From: Octopus vulgaris | Lineage: Eukaryota | Assembly (NCBI GenBank): GCA_951406725.2 | Contig: OX597816.1 | Location: 100,316,001 to 100,380,000, forward strand | DNA: 64,000 nt | Reading direction: 5' to 3' | Shown: piece by piece, positions 26,576 to 41,139 of the stretch | Position numbering within the stretch: position 1 is the first letter of the stretch | How the letters are laid out: each line of letters opens with the position of its first letter | Position numbers and translations under genes: made by a program | The notes under the pieces: generated by a model | Told to the model about the DNA's origin: nothing | The model's input: only the letters and a program-made list of their open reading frames with translations | The model's database searches: none

Positions 26576-29191
26576 TCATCATCATCATACGTCCACTTTC
26601 CATGCTGGCATGGGTTGGACAGTTCAACTAGGGTCCGAGAAGCCAGAAGGCTACACCAGGCCCAGTCTGATCTGGCAGTGTTTCTACAGCTGGATGCCCT
26701 TCCTAACGCCAACCACTCCGTGAGTGTAGTGGGTGCTTTTTACATGCCACCGGCACAGGTGCCAGACGGGGCTGGCAAACGGCCACGATCGGATGGTGCT
26801 TTTTATGTGCCACCGGCACAGGGACCAGACGAAGCTGGTAATGGCCACGGTCGGATGGTGCTTTTTACGTTCCACCGGCACAGAGGCCGGTTGGGCGGTG
26901 CTGGCTATGGCCACGTTCGGATGGTTCTCTTACGTGCCACTGGCACTGGTATCACAACTACAAATTCCATTGATGTTGATAGATTACGATTTTGATTTTG
27001 ATCTTCACTTGCCTCAACAGGTCTTCACAAGTGGAGTTTTGTGTCCCAAGAAGGAAAGGAGTGCATAAGTGGGCTGGCTACATCCCAGGTGTAGGCCACG
27101 GGATTATGGCCTCACTTGTCCTGCCGGCTCTTCTCATGCACAGGTCTCGGTCTCTAGTCGGCTCTTCTCACGCACAGGTCTCGGTCTCTAGTCATTTCCT
27201 CAGTGAGACCTAAAGTTTGAAGGTCGTGCTTCACCACCTCATCCCAGGTTTTCCTGGGTCTACCTCTTCCACAGGTTCCCTCAACCGCTAGGGTGTGGCA
27301 CTTTTTCACACAACTATCTTCATCCATTCTCGTCACATGACCATACCAGCGCAAACGTCTCTCTTGCACACCACAACTGATGCTTCTTAGGTCTAACTTT
27401 TCTCTCAAAAAACTTACACTATGTCGAGTATGAACACTGACATTACACATCCATCGGAGCATACTGGCTTCATTTCTTGCAAGCTTACGCATATCCTCAG
27501 CAATCCCGGCCCATGTTTCACTGCCATGTAGCATGGCTGTTCATACACATGCGTCATACAATCTGCCTTTTACTCTCAGCGAGAAGCTTTTTGTCTCCAG
27601 CAGAGGTAAGAGCTCTCTGAACTTTGCCCAGGCTATTCTTACTCTAGCATTTACACTTTCAGCGCACCCGCCCCTGCTGCTGACTTGGTCACCTAGGTAA
27701 CGGAAGCTATCAACTACTTCTAGTTTTTCTCCCTGGAATGTGGCAGAAGATGGTCTCTGTGTATTTTCAATGTTTATTACTCCCGAGCATCTGCCACATA
27801 CAAAAACTATTTTCCTAGTTAGCCTTCCTTTGACATTGCTGCACCTCTTATGTGTCCATAGCTTACATTTGGTGCATCTTATAGAGTTTCTACCTATGCC
27901 TTTTCTACAGATCGAGCAGGGCCATCTACCTGAGGGTGTTTGTGATTTGTCTACCTTCCTACTTATTAGAACTTTGGTTTTAGCTAGGTTGACTCTTAGG
28001 CCCTTCCATTCTAATCCTTGCTTCCACACCTGAAACTTCTCCTCCAGTTCTGATAGTGACTCAGCAATTAGGGCAAGGTCATCAGCATAGAGGAGCTCCC
28101 AGGGGCAGCCTGTCTTGAATTCCTCCATTATTGCTTGGAGGACTATGATAAATAGGAGGGGGCTGAGGACTGAACCTTCGTGGACCCCTACCTCTACCCG
28201 GAATTCTTCACTGTACTCGTTGCCAACCCTCACCTTACTAACAGCATCCCTGTACATGGCTCGCACAGCTCTCACTATCCATTCATCTATCCCTAGTTTC
28301 CTCATTGACCACCAGATAAGAGATCGGGGCACCCTGTCAAAGGCTTTCTCCATGTTAACCAAAGCCAGGTACAGAGGTTTATTTTTGGCTAGGTATTTCT
28401 TCTGCAGCTGTCTCACCAGAAATATGGCATCAGTGGTGCTTTTCCCTGGCATGAATCCAAACTGCATCTCGTCCAAGTTGACTCTCTCCCTAATCAGTTG
28501 GGCTCTGACCCTCTCCGTAACCTTCATTACCTGATCCAACAGCTTGATACCTCTGTAATTATTTGTATCTAGGGCGTCACCTTTACCTTTGTAGCAGTTA
28601 ACTATTATGCTGCTACACCAGTCATTGGGTATGACTCCTTTGTGTATCACCTGGTTAACTATACGGGTGACTAGGCTATGGCCGACACTGCCAGATATTT
28701 TGAGCATCTCTGTAGTAATTCTTGATGGGCCTGGGGCTTTCCCTATCTTCATGCTTCTAATTGCCTTAACTACCAAAGAACTGTCATCTCGAATAGCTGG
28801 TCCCTCTGTTGGATCGACATTCGGCAGACTCTCTTTCTCCCATTCATTTTCTTTATTCAGCAACCTTTCATAGTGGCATCTCCAAACTTCTCTCTTTATA
28901 TCCTCATTTAGCGCAAGTGAACCATCATCCATGCAGACACATTTCTCACCTACCACATCATGATTCTCTCTCACACACTGTCTTGCAACATGAAATACCT
29001 CAAGACTTTGTTCCTCACAGCGCAGAACATTGGCAAATTTTTTCTTATCTGCTTCCCCTCTGGCTAAATAAACCTGTCTAGCTTCCCTTCTGGCAGTCTG
29101 ATACAATTCCCTGCTACCTCCATTCTTCCAGTCCCTCCAAGCCTGTTTCTTTTGTCTAATAGCCCTGTCAACCACATTGTTCCACCACCAC
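26576..29191 (-). mobile_element. Young 5'-truncated RTE LINE (complete RT plus PHD finger; APE missing)
   Basis: The 550-aa ORF 27541-29193 (YADD motif) continues in frame past a TGA (CGA in the full copy) into 27154-27534. (CAT)n tail; 34-bp tandem duplication at about 27124-27191 at the ORF end. Confidence 0.97.
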
Positions 29192-29447
29192 ATTAGAAAT
29201 ATTAAATTTCTAAATATCTCAGCAGTGGTGGAACGATAGAGCAGTTGTATACTGCCAACTTAACATGACAGTCCCATAGAGGGAATTACACCACCGTTAT
29301 TTAGCCCTAGGACACAGGAAATGTGTCAAGGCCGACAGGAAGTGTTGTGGGTGTATTATTTTTTTTCTTCAGTTGAAGTAGCCTCAAGGTTTCTGTAACT
29401 CATTTGCTTATGTTTACTTGGCATTTCATATAAAAAGTAACAGTTAA

Positions 29448-29727
<280 letters not shown>

Positions 29728-29770
29728 ACATGTTGATTATCAATACATTTACAACACAAATATTACAGTT

Positions 29771-30187
29771 AGCACAGGAGTGGCTGTGTGGTAAGTAGCT
29801 TGCCTACCAACCACATGGTTCTGGGTTCAGTCCCCCTCCGTGGCATCTTGGGCAAGTGTCTTCTGCTATAGCCTCGGGCCGACCAATGCCTTGTGAGTGG
29901 ATTTGGTAGACGGAAACTGAAAGAAGCCTGTCGTATATATGTATATATATTTATGTATGTGTATGTATATGTTTGTGTGTCTGTGTTTGTCCCCCTAGCA
30001 TTGCTTGACAACCGATGCTGGTGTGTTTACGTCCCCGTCACTTAGCGGTTCGGCAAAAGATATCGATAGAATAATACTGGACTTACAAAGAATAAGTCCT
30101 GGGGTCAAATTGCTCGACTAAAGGTGGTGCTCCAGCATGGCCGCAGTCAAATGACTGAAACAAGTAAAAGAGTAAAAGAGAAAAGAG
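29771..30187 (+). mobile_element. Full-length tRNA-derived SINE with a CR1-type 3' tail
   Basis: A-box-like TGGCTGTGTGGTAA, B-box-like GGTTCAGTCCC, internal TA/TG microsatellite, and tail ggtgctccagcatggccgcag..ctgaaacaa(gtaaaaga)n. Related copies at 55716, 57464 and 61294. Confidence 0.85.
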
Positions 30188-32265
30188 ATATATATATGTC
30201 TTAAGTGTTACTTTTTAAATAAGAAACAATACTAAAGTAGCACTGAAATGACTAGAGGAAAACAGAAGCTTGTCATTATTAGCAATTCCTATTGTGAAAA
30301 TTGTAGTTAATTTTAAAAATTGTGAGAGTGAGACTGACTTTTATTAGATTTCTGAAAACTACAAGTTATAATTGGTTCTTTCTGTCAAATATCATAACGA
30401 TTGTAATGATAATAAATAATATTGATCCAATATCTCTTTCCATTTTGCAACTAAGATCACTTTTATGTTTCAATTTTTGTCTGCTGCAATTATTTGAATC
30501 TATGTTTAGGAGCAGTTATGCTGAAATTTTAATCAAAAATTTCAAAGCAGGTATTGCATATGATATGAATCCTCATTGAATGATTTGTTAGTTAATTCTC
30601 ACAAAAGTTATCAGCCAAAAGAATAGTCTAGAATCTCTAAGGAATTATGTAAGAAATACCTTGAGTACATTTTAGCATTTCTTATATCTCTAACAAAGCT
30701 TTACATAACAACTTGCTACTTATGTTTGTTATTCAGCATTACTAAATCTATTCTACTTCATTTTTGTATCTATTCTGTTTCCACTATTAAAACTTGTTAA
30801 ATGTTGTTAGATTATGTTAGTGTAAACTATTGAAGTGTAATGGATGTATTGATTAAAAATATACTACCTATCTTAAAGGAAACTGATATCTGTTGCAAAA
30901 ACTTAGATTCATCATTACTGTTCATTTCATCCTTGAACATTCTATGATAGCTAGAGATTTTGTTTTGTATTATTTGTATTAATATATTCAAACATTAAAA
31001 AATCATGTTATTTAAACTAATCAAGTATTGTTTAGAGGGATGATGTTATTAAACATCTGTATTACTGGAGTAAGCTAGCCACATCTATGGTGCTTTGCTG
31101 TAAAATGTTTATCTGTTGGCAATTAAACTCTTAAGACTTTTACTTACAAATAGTTGAAAACAGGACATTAGAACTTGTAGTGCATTCTTAAAATGATAGG
31201 GATCTGTTGGATAGATAATTTGATTAATCTGACTTCAACAAATTTATTCCATCATTAATTATAATAGTAACTTATGTAACTTTACTGGTATTCATTATCT
31301 TAGATGAGTTGTTTAAATTTTGTTATTTTTAATGGGAGTGGAGCTTCTCATATTTATATTGTGAGCAGCATAAGTCAGGCTTCAGTAGATTTTCTCTCAC
31401 AACTTATATAACTGTTAGTCAAGCTTTAAATATTTTTATTTATTTTCATCATCACCTTTTCTTGCCCATTGATAAATCTTGTTACTACTTTGCCTTACTA
31501 TGACCATCTCAATTATACTTTATCACAACTATGATCATTATTGTGATTTATTCAAGAGTATAGCTATTTTTATGACCAATAACATATTTTATATCCTTGT
31601 ATTTGTCACCTTCTGTCTAAAATCTGTACAACTGTTTCTTTTTATTCAATTAATTTTCTTTATTATTGTATTTTGTGTTATTATTTTTATTTCCCTTTAT
31701 TTTTTCTCTTTATTATTTCTTATATTTCTTCCTTTTATGCAATGCGCACACACACACATACACACACGATTCTGAAAAATCAAGTATTCTGAAACATGTA
31801 TGGTTTTGACCATCAACCTATTTCATGATATAATATGATCTACTATATTATTTGATCCTGTATACTGTGATCAGTTATAAAAAGATCAGGAATTACCTGA
31901 GGAGGTGCTTCATATACCTATCCTACAAATAACTAACCAATCATTAAATAGAAGCATTGCTGAAGTAAATGATGAGAAAATGAAACTTATAAGTCATAAG
32001 TTAAAATCAGACATTGGTATTCATTATAACCTAAAGCAACTTACATTATTTGACTTTATTTGGCCTAATTAACTGAAAATGTACATATCTTTCCTTTTTC
32101 ACAAATAATTGGTTGCATTATATGAGACATTCATTTTTATATTTTGTTTTTAATAATTTTTTAAAATGTATGAATTGAAAAGTATCAAAATATTCATTAT
32201 TTATTTTTCCATACTTTGTTTCTTACATATATTTAACACGACCCATGACTTTCTTGTTTATATAG

Positions 32266-32367
32266 ACTCACAACAATTTTGGGAATATTTCACTGCCTTA
32301 TATTGGTGGTGCAGCAGAAGAACAATTATCAAACTGCCAGTTCTGCTTTCGCAGTATTCCAAATTTG
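32266..32367 (+). CDS. Candidate host-gene exon (102 nt); phase 0 gives THNNFGNISLPYIGGAAEEQLSNCQFCFRSIPNL
   Basis: Acceptor ctttcttgtttatatAG with an upstream TTTAAC, donor TTG|GTGAGG. Length is a multiple of 3, all three frames are stop-free, and it lies in non-repetitive DNA. Confidence 0.45.
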
Positions 32368-35300
32368 GTGAGGTTATCTAGCATGCTTTAAGATGATAAA
32401 TCTTCAATGTGCTAATCCTTCTTATCCTATTTAAAGCTTTACTAATAAAAATACTCCACAGCTACATAAATGTAGTTTCATACTAAACTTCAGATAATCT
32501 TTCATTGGTATCCCTGCTTAAAAGGACACTGATATGTGACCAGATCTGATATTTTTGTAATGTTTTCACTATGAATCTACTAGAACTTCTCAATGGTTCC
32601 ACATTTTTATTTAGTTTCCTAAACAGTGATCAATTAAGTGATCACAATAAGTTAAATGACTTAACCTTGGCAAGAACTTGCATTTTATATACTACCTTGT
32701 ATAATTTGATGCTTTCATACTCATTGACAGTCCCACCTACTTGCTATGTGGTCATCTTTATTATGTATTTTAATGATATCTACACCCACAAAGATGTATA
32801 AACAATTTATCTTAATGTTTATTAAGTTGCTTTCAAAAACAGAACTACTTTTGTGACAGTTCCTTCTTCAAAGCAGCAAAGCTATCAACATCAAATAGTA
32901 GTTATTACTGTGAATTACTGAAAGGAAAACTCATTATCTAGCAAACTAATACAAAAAAAAATATTAAAATTAAAAATATGAAGATATTCTAATAAAACAT
33001 TTACTTTGTGCAAGTCAACAGTTTGGTATTATTTGCATAAAATGCATAAATCAGGCACTGTTGATAAAGGCTTTCGATAGATAAGACTATTCCGAAATTG
33101 TTTCCAATGAAGACATTAACAATGAAAATCAAACCTACAGTTTTTATTAGTTTCCATTATTTATTACTGAGAGTATTGCTTTAAAATTTTGAGGGTATAA
33201 TCCCTGAACAGCACATAACAAGCCAAAGGGTTGTTATTTGAACCTAGTCTAGTTTGTCGACTTCAGTGCAGTTAGAGCCATGCTTGTATCTTGATCAGAC
33301 TATTTATGTATGAAAAACTTTTAACAAACTGATTGTTTATATATTAATTATTATGAGGACTAAATATTGTTATTATACAGTCTAATAAAACTGAAATATG
33401 TCCATAGCTGTTGCCTTGTTTGATGACAGTGATCAGATTTTCCCTTTAGGTATGAAAACTGAATATTTGGTAAAATTAATTCTTAAAATTATTTCTCTTT
33501 TTCTTTGAGAGTCTCTAACAATTACCACTAGGTTTTTTTATTATTTCTCGAAGAGGTAAATTTCAGTTCATTTAAAATCTTTGTTTATGTCATCCAGTAC
33601 ATAACCAATTGTTAACATAGCCAATATCCATAATAAACATTTGACTTATCAGCAGAGCATTCATATTGATTAATTCTGTCTAAGAAAGTATTTCTTACTT
33701 TGCCCTAAAACAATTTTGGTGTTACATCACCAAAATATTCAATTAATTCACAAGGCTGAATATTCTACACATAATATTGCTCTTAACATAATCCTGTCAC
33801 ACACTATGCCATTAACTTGTTATAGTGTGTGACATTGCTGACTTTTTGAATTATAGGTACAATTCATTTGACAAGTTCCACAGTTTGTCCATCGAGTTGG
33901 ACATACATAACTTGGGTCGACCTGAATATATGACAATACACACCTATGTTTTGAGCAGTGGAATTCTTGGGACTTCATGATTGCTTAGAAAATTTAGCAA
34001 TTTAGCTGTACTTGCACCCGTTTGATCATAAGTTTGCTCAGTCTATGAATTGCTCTATGGCCTTGAAACAAAATGTAGTATCTTAGAAAGACTTGAAGAC
34101 TTTAATAATGAGCAAGCAAAACTCTTTTAAACTTTGCAGATTATTCAATGTAATAGTAGATTTGTAAAACAGTTCAAAAATACTTGTCCTTTTTTTTAAG
34201 CTACGAGTTAGCAATGATCCTGTATACCATTGATCAAAATATATTCCAGCCATGACTATCTTATTTATCTAGGATCACATTAGCCAATATGTCCTTCCCT
34301 TTAAGATGCAGTTTAAAAGAAATTTGACTGTTACTTTTTGCATGTTGAGCAATCATGTACAGGCTCCCTGGTTTGTTTGACCTTTTTCACACACATGAAT
34401 GTATGTGTAGCCTTACCTTTGCTTTGGTTAAAAATCATTGTCACTTAATTGTTATTATTGTTTAGAGCAGAACAATAATCAATAGCATTTCAGCAGTGAC
34501 TACTTGTATTTTTCATTAGCACAACAGATCCAGAACCACATTATCTAATGTGTACTTTTTTTACTAAGTATGATGCAATTTAAGGGAAATTTGGCTGCTA
34601 TTTCAAACTGTTTGAGCCATTGCATTTGCTTAATGTCCCGTCTCATATTCCTGATAAAACTTTGAGTAAATTATTGATACTCAATTTAATATTATTTACT
34701 TCTCTTTTGGATTGTTACCAGATTTTCATTTTATCTTTATTGTCATTGAAGGTTATGAAAAGCTTAGATTCATTTTGTTTTTAATCATTAATCAATCCCC
34801 CATTTAACCTTTTGAATTCTTCTACATCAGCAGTGACCTTTCAAACTAAATCACTAACTGAAAAATATTTCAGATAACTGCAATATATATTTAATAAGCA
34901 TGTTGCTTGTACTTACTTGAGTTTGGTTTTTCCTTTTCTTTTTTTTTGTGTTGATTTTGTTTCTCATTTTAACAAAGATGTGTTTGCAATATGTGTGCCT
35001 GTAGAGGCCATACTGACTTGGTTTGTATGTGTGTGACTGGCTATTTTTGTCTTCTTAACTCTATTCAGACAATGATCCCAACTGATTGTCATAAAGTCAC
35101 TTATCAATGCCTTCCAGCTTTTGGCTCTAAGATATAACTATCTCTTCCTTTTACCTTTTCTGTGACTACTAAAGAGGCCTCTGTTCTTTGGATCTGACTG
35201 GTCTCATGGTCTCATACCACTTTCATTCAGGTATTCATTTGTCTCACCTACTTTCATTACCTATAATTGTGTGCACTCCTATTCCAGGCTTGCACTAACC

Positions 35301-36362
35301 CAAACTTCACCCAAACTTTCTTTAAAATGTCAACTTCTGGAATTCGCCCCCTATATACTTATTTATAATTATCAACTTTTAGCTGTTCAAGAACAACATG
35401 AATTGCTGTGAATTTGTACCATTGCTAGATACAAATCACCATTGTAAGTAACAGAAGCAATATCTTGTTAAAGTATTCTATTAGCTTGCAATGCTGAGTT
35501 TAAGTACTTCTAAGAATATGAAGTAAGCAGCAGAAAGCACTGCCAGTGTGTTTTTTAATTAATAAATGCGCATGATTTGTTTCCAGGATCAAGAAATCAT
35601 TTGCAACTCAAATGCATTGACTCAAAAGAACTCAGCTGGTATCTAATGATACAAGTCACTTTATTTCTAATCTATTTTTCCTGACTGTTTATGTTTATTC
35701 CTCTGTATCTGTATATAGCTGTTGGTTTGCCTGTATTTAGAAATTGGTTGATTTGTATCTAGTTATTAATTTACCTACATCTAGTGAGTGGTCTATCTCC
35801 TTTCTGACAGGAGAAAAGACAAACTCTATCAAAAAGTTAATGCAGTTGGATGGATAAGATTTGTTCTATTATTAATTGTATGATTGTTTTAGTTCAATGT
35901 TTGACATTGAAAATGAGAACAATGTTCTCTTAGAATGGAAAAAAATATTCTAATCCTAATATACAAATATATTAATATATATGTGTGTGTGTGTGTCTGT
36001 GTGTTGGTACATTGCTGATTGACAAAATTAAATCTTATGATTATATTTCTAATGAAGCACATTGTCTTTGTGATAAAGTTAATTTTCAAAATAATCAGAC
36101 ATTTAGATAATAACAATCTCAGATTAAAACCAGGTACTTGATTTCCCAATCATATGGTCCCTGGTTCAGCCACCCTGTATAGGGCATTTGGTAAGTGTTT
36201 TCTATAGTACCTTTGGGTGACGAATGCTTTGTGAGTAAAATTCACTTGATAGAAACTATGCTGGAGCCAGTCTTGTGCATGTTTGTTTTTGTATTTTTTA
36301 TATCTATGTATATTTATATGCATATACATACATGTGCATGTATATAAATATGTATGTTATTG

Positions 36363-36900
36363 GCACTACCAAGAAAAAGGTGCTTTCTTTGCACTCACCA
36401 AAGGAATGGAACCTTGGCCAGGAGAAACTAATGTCATCAGATGGTGTCCAACGATCATCGAGTGTTTTGACCCTGAATCTAACACCTTCCTCTTCGTGGG
36501 TCATCAGAGGTGGGAAAATCACTGCTCATCATGTCTCTCTGGATTCCAGCTTAACTCCTCCTGCAAGAGGCTCTTTCTGCTGCCTCTCCCATTCTGCTCA
36601 CAGACACCTCTCATTCCAATGGCTATAAGCATCTTCCATACCAAATAGACAAGGAATCCTCTACAGTCAACCTTGACTGGGAAAAGCTATGGCTGTCATC
36701 CCTTCACCCTAGAACCCTGCAGAAGGCTCTTGTATCTGGCATGCTTCAATTCATAGACCTGATGACATCCTGCTTCCCACATAACTGTAAGCTTGATCAA
36801 GTTTATTTTCCTTGCCTTTTCACACTACAGAACTGCATCTGGCCTCAGGATTGTACTGACGACCTAGGAGAACTGCTATCTCTCCCCTAGGTCCACTTTC
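36363..36900 (-). mobile_element. 3' fragment of a HERO-like (R2-group) non-LTR retrotransposon, REL domain
   Basis: Minus strand: LRPDAVL*CEKARKINLIKLTVMWEAGC..K.ARYKSL..LFPVKVDCRGF..VWKML, matching the RPD..ELTVPWE..FPVEVGCRGF pattern. Confidence 0.75.
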
Positions 36901-37876
36901 ATTGTATAGGTGCTATACAAAAAAAAAAACCTCCACAATCTGTGAAGTGGTTAGTATTTGGAAGGGCATCCAGTTATAGAAACCCTGCCAAACTGACTCT
37001 AAAGTATGACATGGTCATCCACTGCATCAAATGCTACTGAGTCATTCAACCTATGCCAGCATAGAGGAGGAATGTAAAATGATTATACCTTCATGTGCAC
37101 GCATATGTGTGTGTGCAGCATTGAATTGCATTCCTTTATGTCAAAAAGTAATATTGCCATTTAGTGAATAGAGATTGATAAAATAAGTACTAGACAGAAA
37201 TAAGTACTAGGGTTGATATGATCAACGAGCTCTTTAGTGAAAATCTTTAAGCATGGATATAGTCTTTGTAGTTAAAAATCAGTAAAAGCAAAAACAGATT
37301 TTCATTATTAAGTTGGTGTTTAGAAAATAGCTTAATATGAGATTCCTTCATAAGATTACAAGAGAAGGATTTCATTTAAATGTGAATGCTTTAAAACAAC
37401 AGATTTTACTAGGGGTAGTCTGAGGTTGGTAGGTATAATGAAATTAGCGTTTAAGAAATATGTATGTTTCAAGTAGGTGAAAATAGCATACCCTTTGTTA
37501 TGGTAGTTTTTACTGTGTGGTAGTTATTTGTTTCTTGGATAGTCTGATATATTAGTGAACAATAAAAATGTCATTCTATTTTTGAGAGTTGTACTCTCTA
37601 CCTAAAGAATTGTTGTTTTGAGAATGGTTAATACAGCAGTTCAGGATGATAATATTCTTCAGTATGGTATAACTGAGTATTTCTGTCTTAATGTGTTTAC
37701 TGGCTCGATCATGATGCAAATTAAATTCTCAGAAAAATTTTTAAATATCATTAAAATTAGTCGAATTGTCTTGAATTATTTTTTCAATTACAGCATCACA
37801 TCTGTTTTTCAGCTTTACTAGGGTGTATATAATTCCACAAAAGTATACACATGACCTCACAATCACTATAAATAAT

Positions 37877-38064
37877 CCTTTCTTCTATAGGCACAAGGCT
37901 TGAAATTTGTAGGGAGTGGGGGCCAGTCGATTACATCAACTCCAGTACTTAACTGGTACTTATTTTATTGACCCCAAAAGGATGAAAGGCGTAGTTGACC
38001 CCAACGAAATTTGAACTCAGAAAGTAGAGACAGGCAAATACCACTAAGCATTCCATCCAGCATG
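37877..38064 (-). mobile_element. SINE with an intact 19-bp target-site duplication
   Basis: CACAATCACTATAAATAAT at 37858-37876 and 38065-38083. The minus strand has B-box-like gagttcaaatt and the core gcctttcatcctttt-ggggtcaataaaataagtaccag. Confidence 0.85.
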
Positions 38065-41000
38065 CACAATCACTATAAATAATATCAGATGATTGAAGTG
38101 GACCATCAGAAATTTCAATTTGATTATTCTAAATAGTCTATATTATTCATTTTAATAAAATATAATACTCAATCATTATTTGAGTTAGGCTAGTCTAATA
38201 ACACAAAATTATGTATTCAATATTGATTTTTGTGTCTATATTTTATTATTGGAAATCAAAGTCAGAATTTGTCTTGCTTTTAATACATATTTTTGTTTTA
38301 ATTTGATTCCAATTTTTGGTTTTGAGATTTTCCCGATGTACTCACAACCAAAAATTCTCTTTTTTATGTTAGATTTACATTACAGCTAAAGCTGTCTTGT
38401 GATATTGTCTGCTCAAAGTCTTCTATATATGATTCTTTTTTTGAAAATAGATATTTGAACAATATTTTCTTATTATCTTGAGCAGTTCATTCAAATAAAA
38501 ACTACATGAATAATTGTCTCTCTTTAAAATGTTACAAGCTGCATCTTAAGTTGGTTAGAACATCAACATTTCTTGACCCATGTCACCCAAGGTCTACAAG
38601 GCAATGTACATTTAGCTGCAGGAAGTTCATAGATAAGCTATTATAATTTTTCTTAATGAAAACTTCATAAATACATCTTGCTTTCTAACAAACATACATG
38701 ACAGTCAAAGTCATCAGTTAAACATCCACATCCTAGATTCATTCTCTTAATGTTTAACTGTAATTGCTGATGCTTACAAAAAAATAATAGTTGCATATAA
38801 TCTGTAAAAATGAAAGTTTTGCATTATCTTTGTAAGGCTATGTTACAGTTTATTCCAGAAATGTTGTACATTGCTTGACTATGTTCTAAGGAAATTATTA
38901 AATTATGGTCTTCTACTTTTGGTAAAGTCAAGAGATCTGCCATCTCAGTTGACAAACTGGAATGAAGATGTTTCTAATTTAATAGTAAAATATTTCGACA
39001 GATGGCTTGCAAATGTAAGTGCAACATTAAAAAAAAATTGAAGCAATTATTACTCACAAAAATATTTTATCTAACATGTAAAGAAAGTAAAATAATGATA
39101 GAATTTTAAAATTTTATTTGATATGATTCTTTCAAGTAGTGCATGATATTCTGGACGTAGTTGTGGGTGTATTATTTTTTTTCTTCAGTTGAAGTAGCCT
39201 AAAGGTTTCTGTAACTCATTTGTTTGTTTACTTGGCATTTCATATAAAATTACAGTTGCAATACAGTAAAAATCTAAACATAAGAAAAACTAGAGAGGTT
39301 TTGCTCTTCAAATCAATAAACTAATCAAAGTGTTTAAAAAAATTCCATGTTTCTTTTAAAAGGTTCATGCTTACATTTTTACATCTTTAATGCTTAAAAA
39401 GAATTTTCAAAATTATTTGGTTAAGAGTTACAGGCAACTTCTAAAAACTATAATTAAATATACTTGATAAAATCACATGCTATCTTTCTACCTTCCAAAA
39501 TGGAAGCTAATTATTGTATGTTCATGAATATGTTTATATTTATATATCACAAACATACTTTATATTAGCCCATGTGCAAGGAAGTACCAAAGCAACACAT
39601 TTGGATCAATTGTAATAAAACGCCCACCTTAATATATTAAAACTTGATATGAAAATCCAATTGCAATCAAATTCTTTCTCTGCATACAAACTTAATCCTT
39701 TATTTGAAGTTTACCAATTTTGAATACTTATATTAAAATTAAATGATATTAGTATCTGTGTATTATTTGGATTTTTGTAGAGTAATATTGAAAAGAAGGT
39801 TCAGTGAGAAGGAGTTCGAGTAAATCTGTTTTTAAGGAAGAATGATTAAATACAGTGGTTTGAATTCATCTCTTTTTCATGAGAAAAAGAATCAAATTTG
39901 TTTGGTATATACATATAAAAATTGATATAAGAAAATCCAAAACTATCAGTTATTTGTAAAAGCACAAAGTTGGAAGAACTAACAATGGGAAATATAGAAG
40001 TCAATAACTGATGGCTTGTATGCCTGCTCACTGGATAGCCTTTTTAGCAAGGAAGTATCATATGTATTTGTAAAGGAAAGCAAACTTCATAGTAAAACAT
40101 ACATAGTCTTTGAAAAACGTACGTATCTGACTAGATATGTTCTGAAGTTAAACAGCTAACATATCATTTTACATTAATTTTTTGCTGGAGTTATTGGAAT
40201 GGACATAAACTAATTTTACATTGACTCAATACTTAGAAAATAAACAGACTCAAAGCATATTTGGTGAAACATGAACAGGTTATTCATGTCCTACCAAACT
40301 TGCTTCGCATTTTCTGAAATTTCAGAAGTTTCTAATCAAAATAAAGAAGCGGGGAAAAACAAAAATACATCACTAATATAGTCAAAGCATAAGGAATGTT
40401 CTTAAAGAAGAGTTGTTCTTCAAACTTTATTATGAATACATACTAAAATGCTAGTGATTGAATCAATCCAGATATGAGAATGTAATATAGAAAATGTCAA
40501 CTTCATGTGAAATCAACATTCTAGGAATAAATTATATTTCCATTTTTATGTTAAACTATATCTAGCTGTGTCTAAATTTTGTTATTGAATATGTTCAATG
40601 TATGTTATTGTACAATATAAAGTGATATTCAAAATAGTTAAGATTGAAAAGGAATGATTTCTAAAATTAAAAGAAAATATAAAGGTAATTGAAAATTTTT
40701 GTTTTCTTTTTTATTCATGCTTTGAGTACTGAAAAATTCAAAGTTGCGACACTTGCCCTTCATCAAAAGAAAGAATAGAAAGACTAAATATTAAAGCTGT
40801 AGCTATGTCAAAGGGAAAACAAAAGTATTTGAGTAATATAGGCAGATAAGTGACTTATTTTCCACAGTTAAAATGAGGTTGTAATGTTTTTATTCTCTTC
40901 TTACCTTATTTTGATTTGTTAACAAGAGGCACCTCTTTTGTTTTGCTGCAAAATTCATGTGTTGATATCCAAATTTGCAAAATACTACCCATCCTTTTGT

Positions 41001-41139
41001 CCCAGACTTGCATCTGAAACTATGTATGAATTAGTTTTAAAGGATAACTTTCTTGCTTTTTGAAGAGAAAAGAGAAAGTAGCAACAAAGTCTTTGCTCAA
41101 AAGAGAAATACATTTCTTATTTTGCTCACTAAATATTGA

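Noticed and set aside
29775-29845. tRNA gene
   Set aside because: A/B-box-like motifs continue into a SINE body and tail; no convincing cloverleaf.
31881-32072. Open frame KDQELPEEVLHIP... as an exon
   Set aside because: The nearest plausible upstream acceptor puts a TAA in frame; the alternative acceptors are poor.
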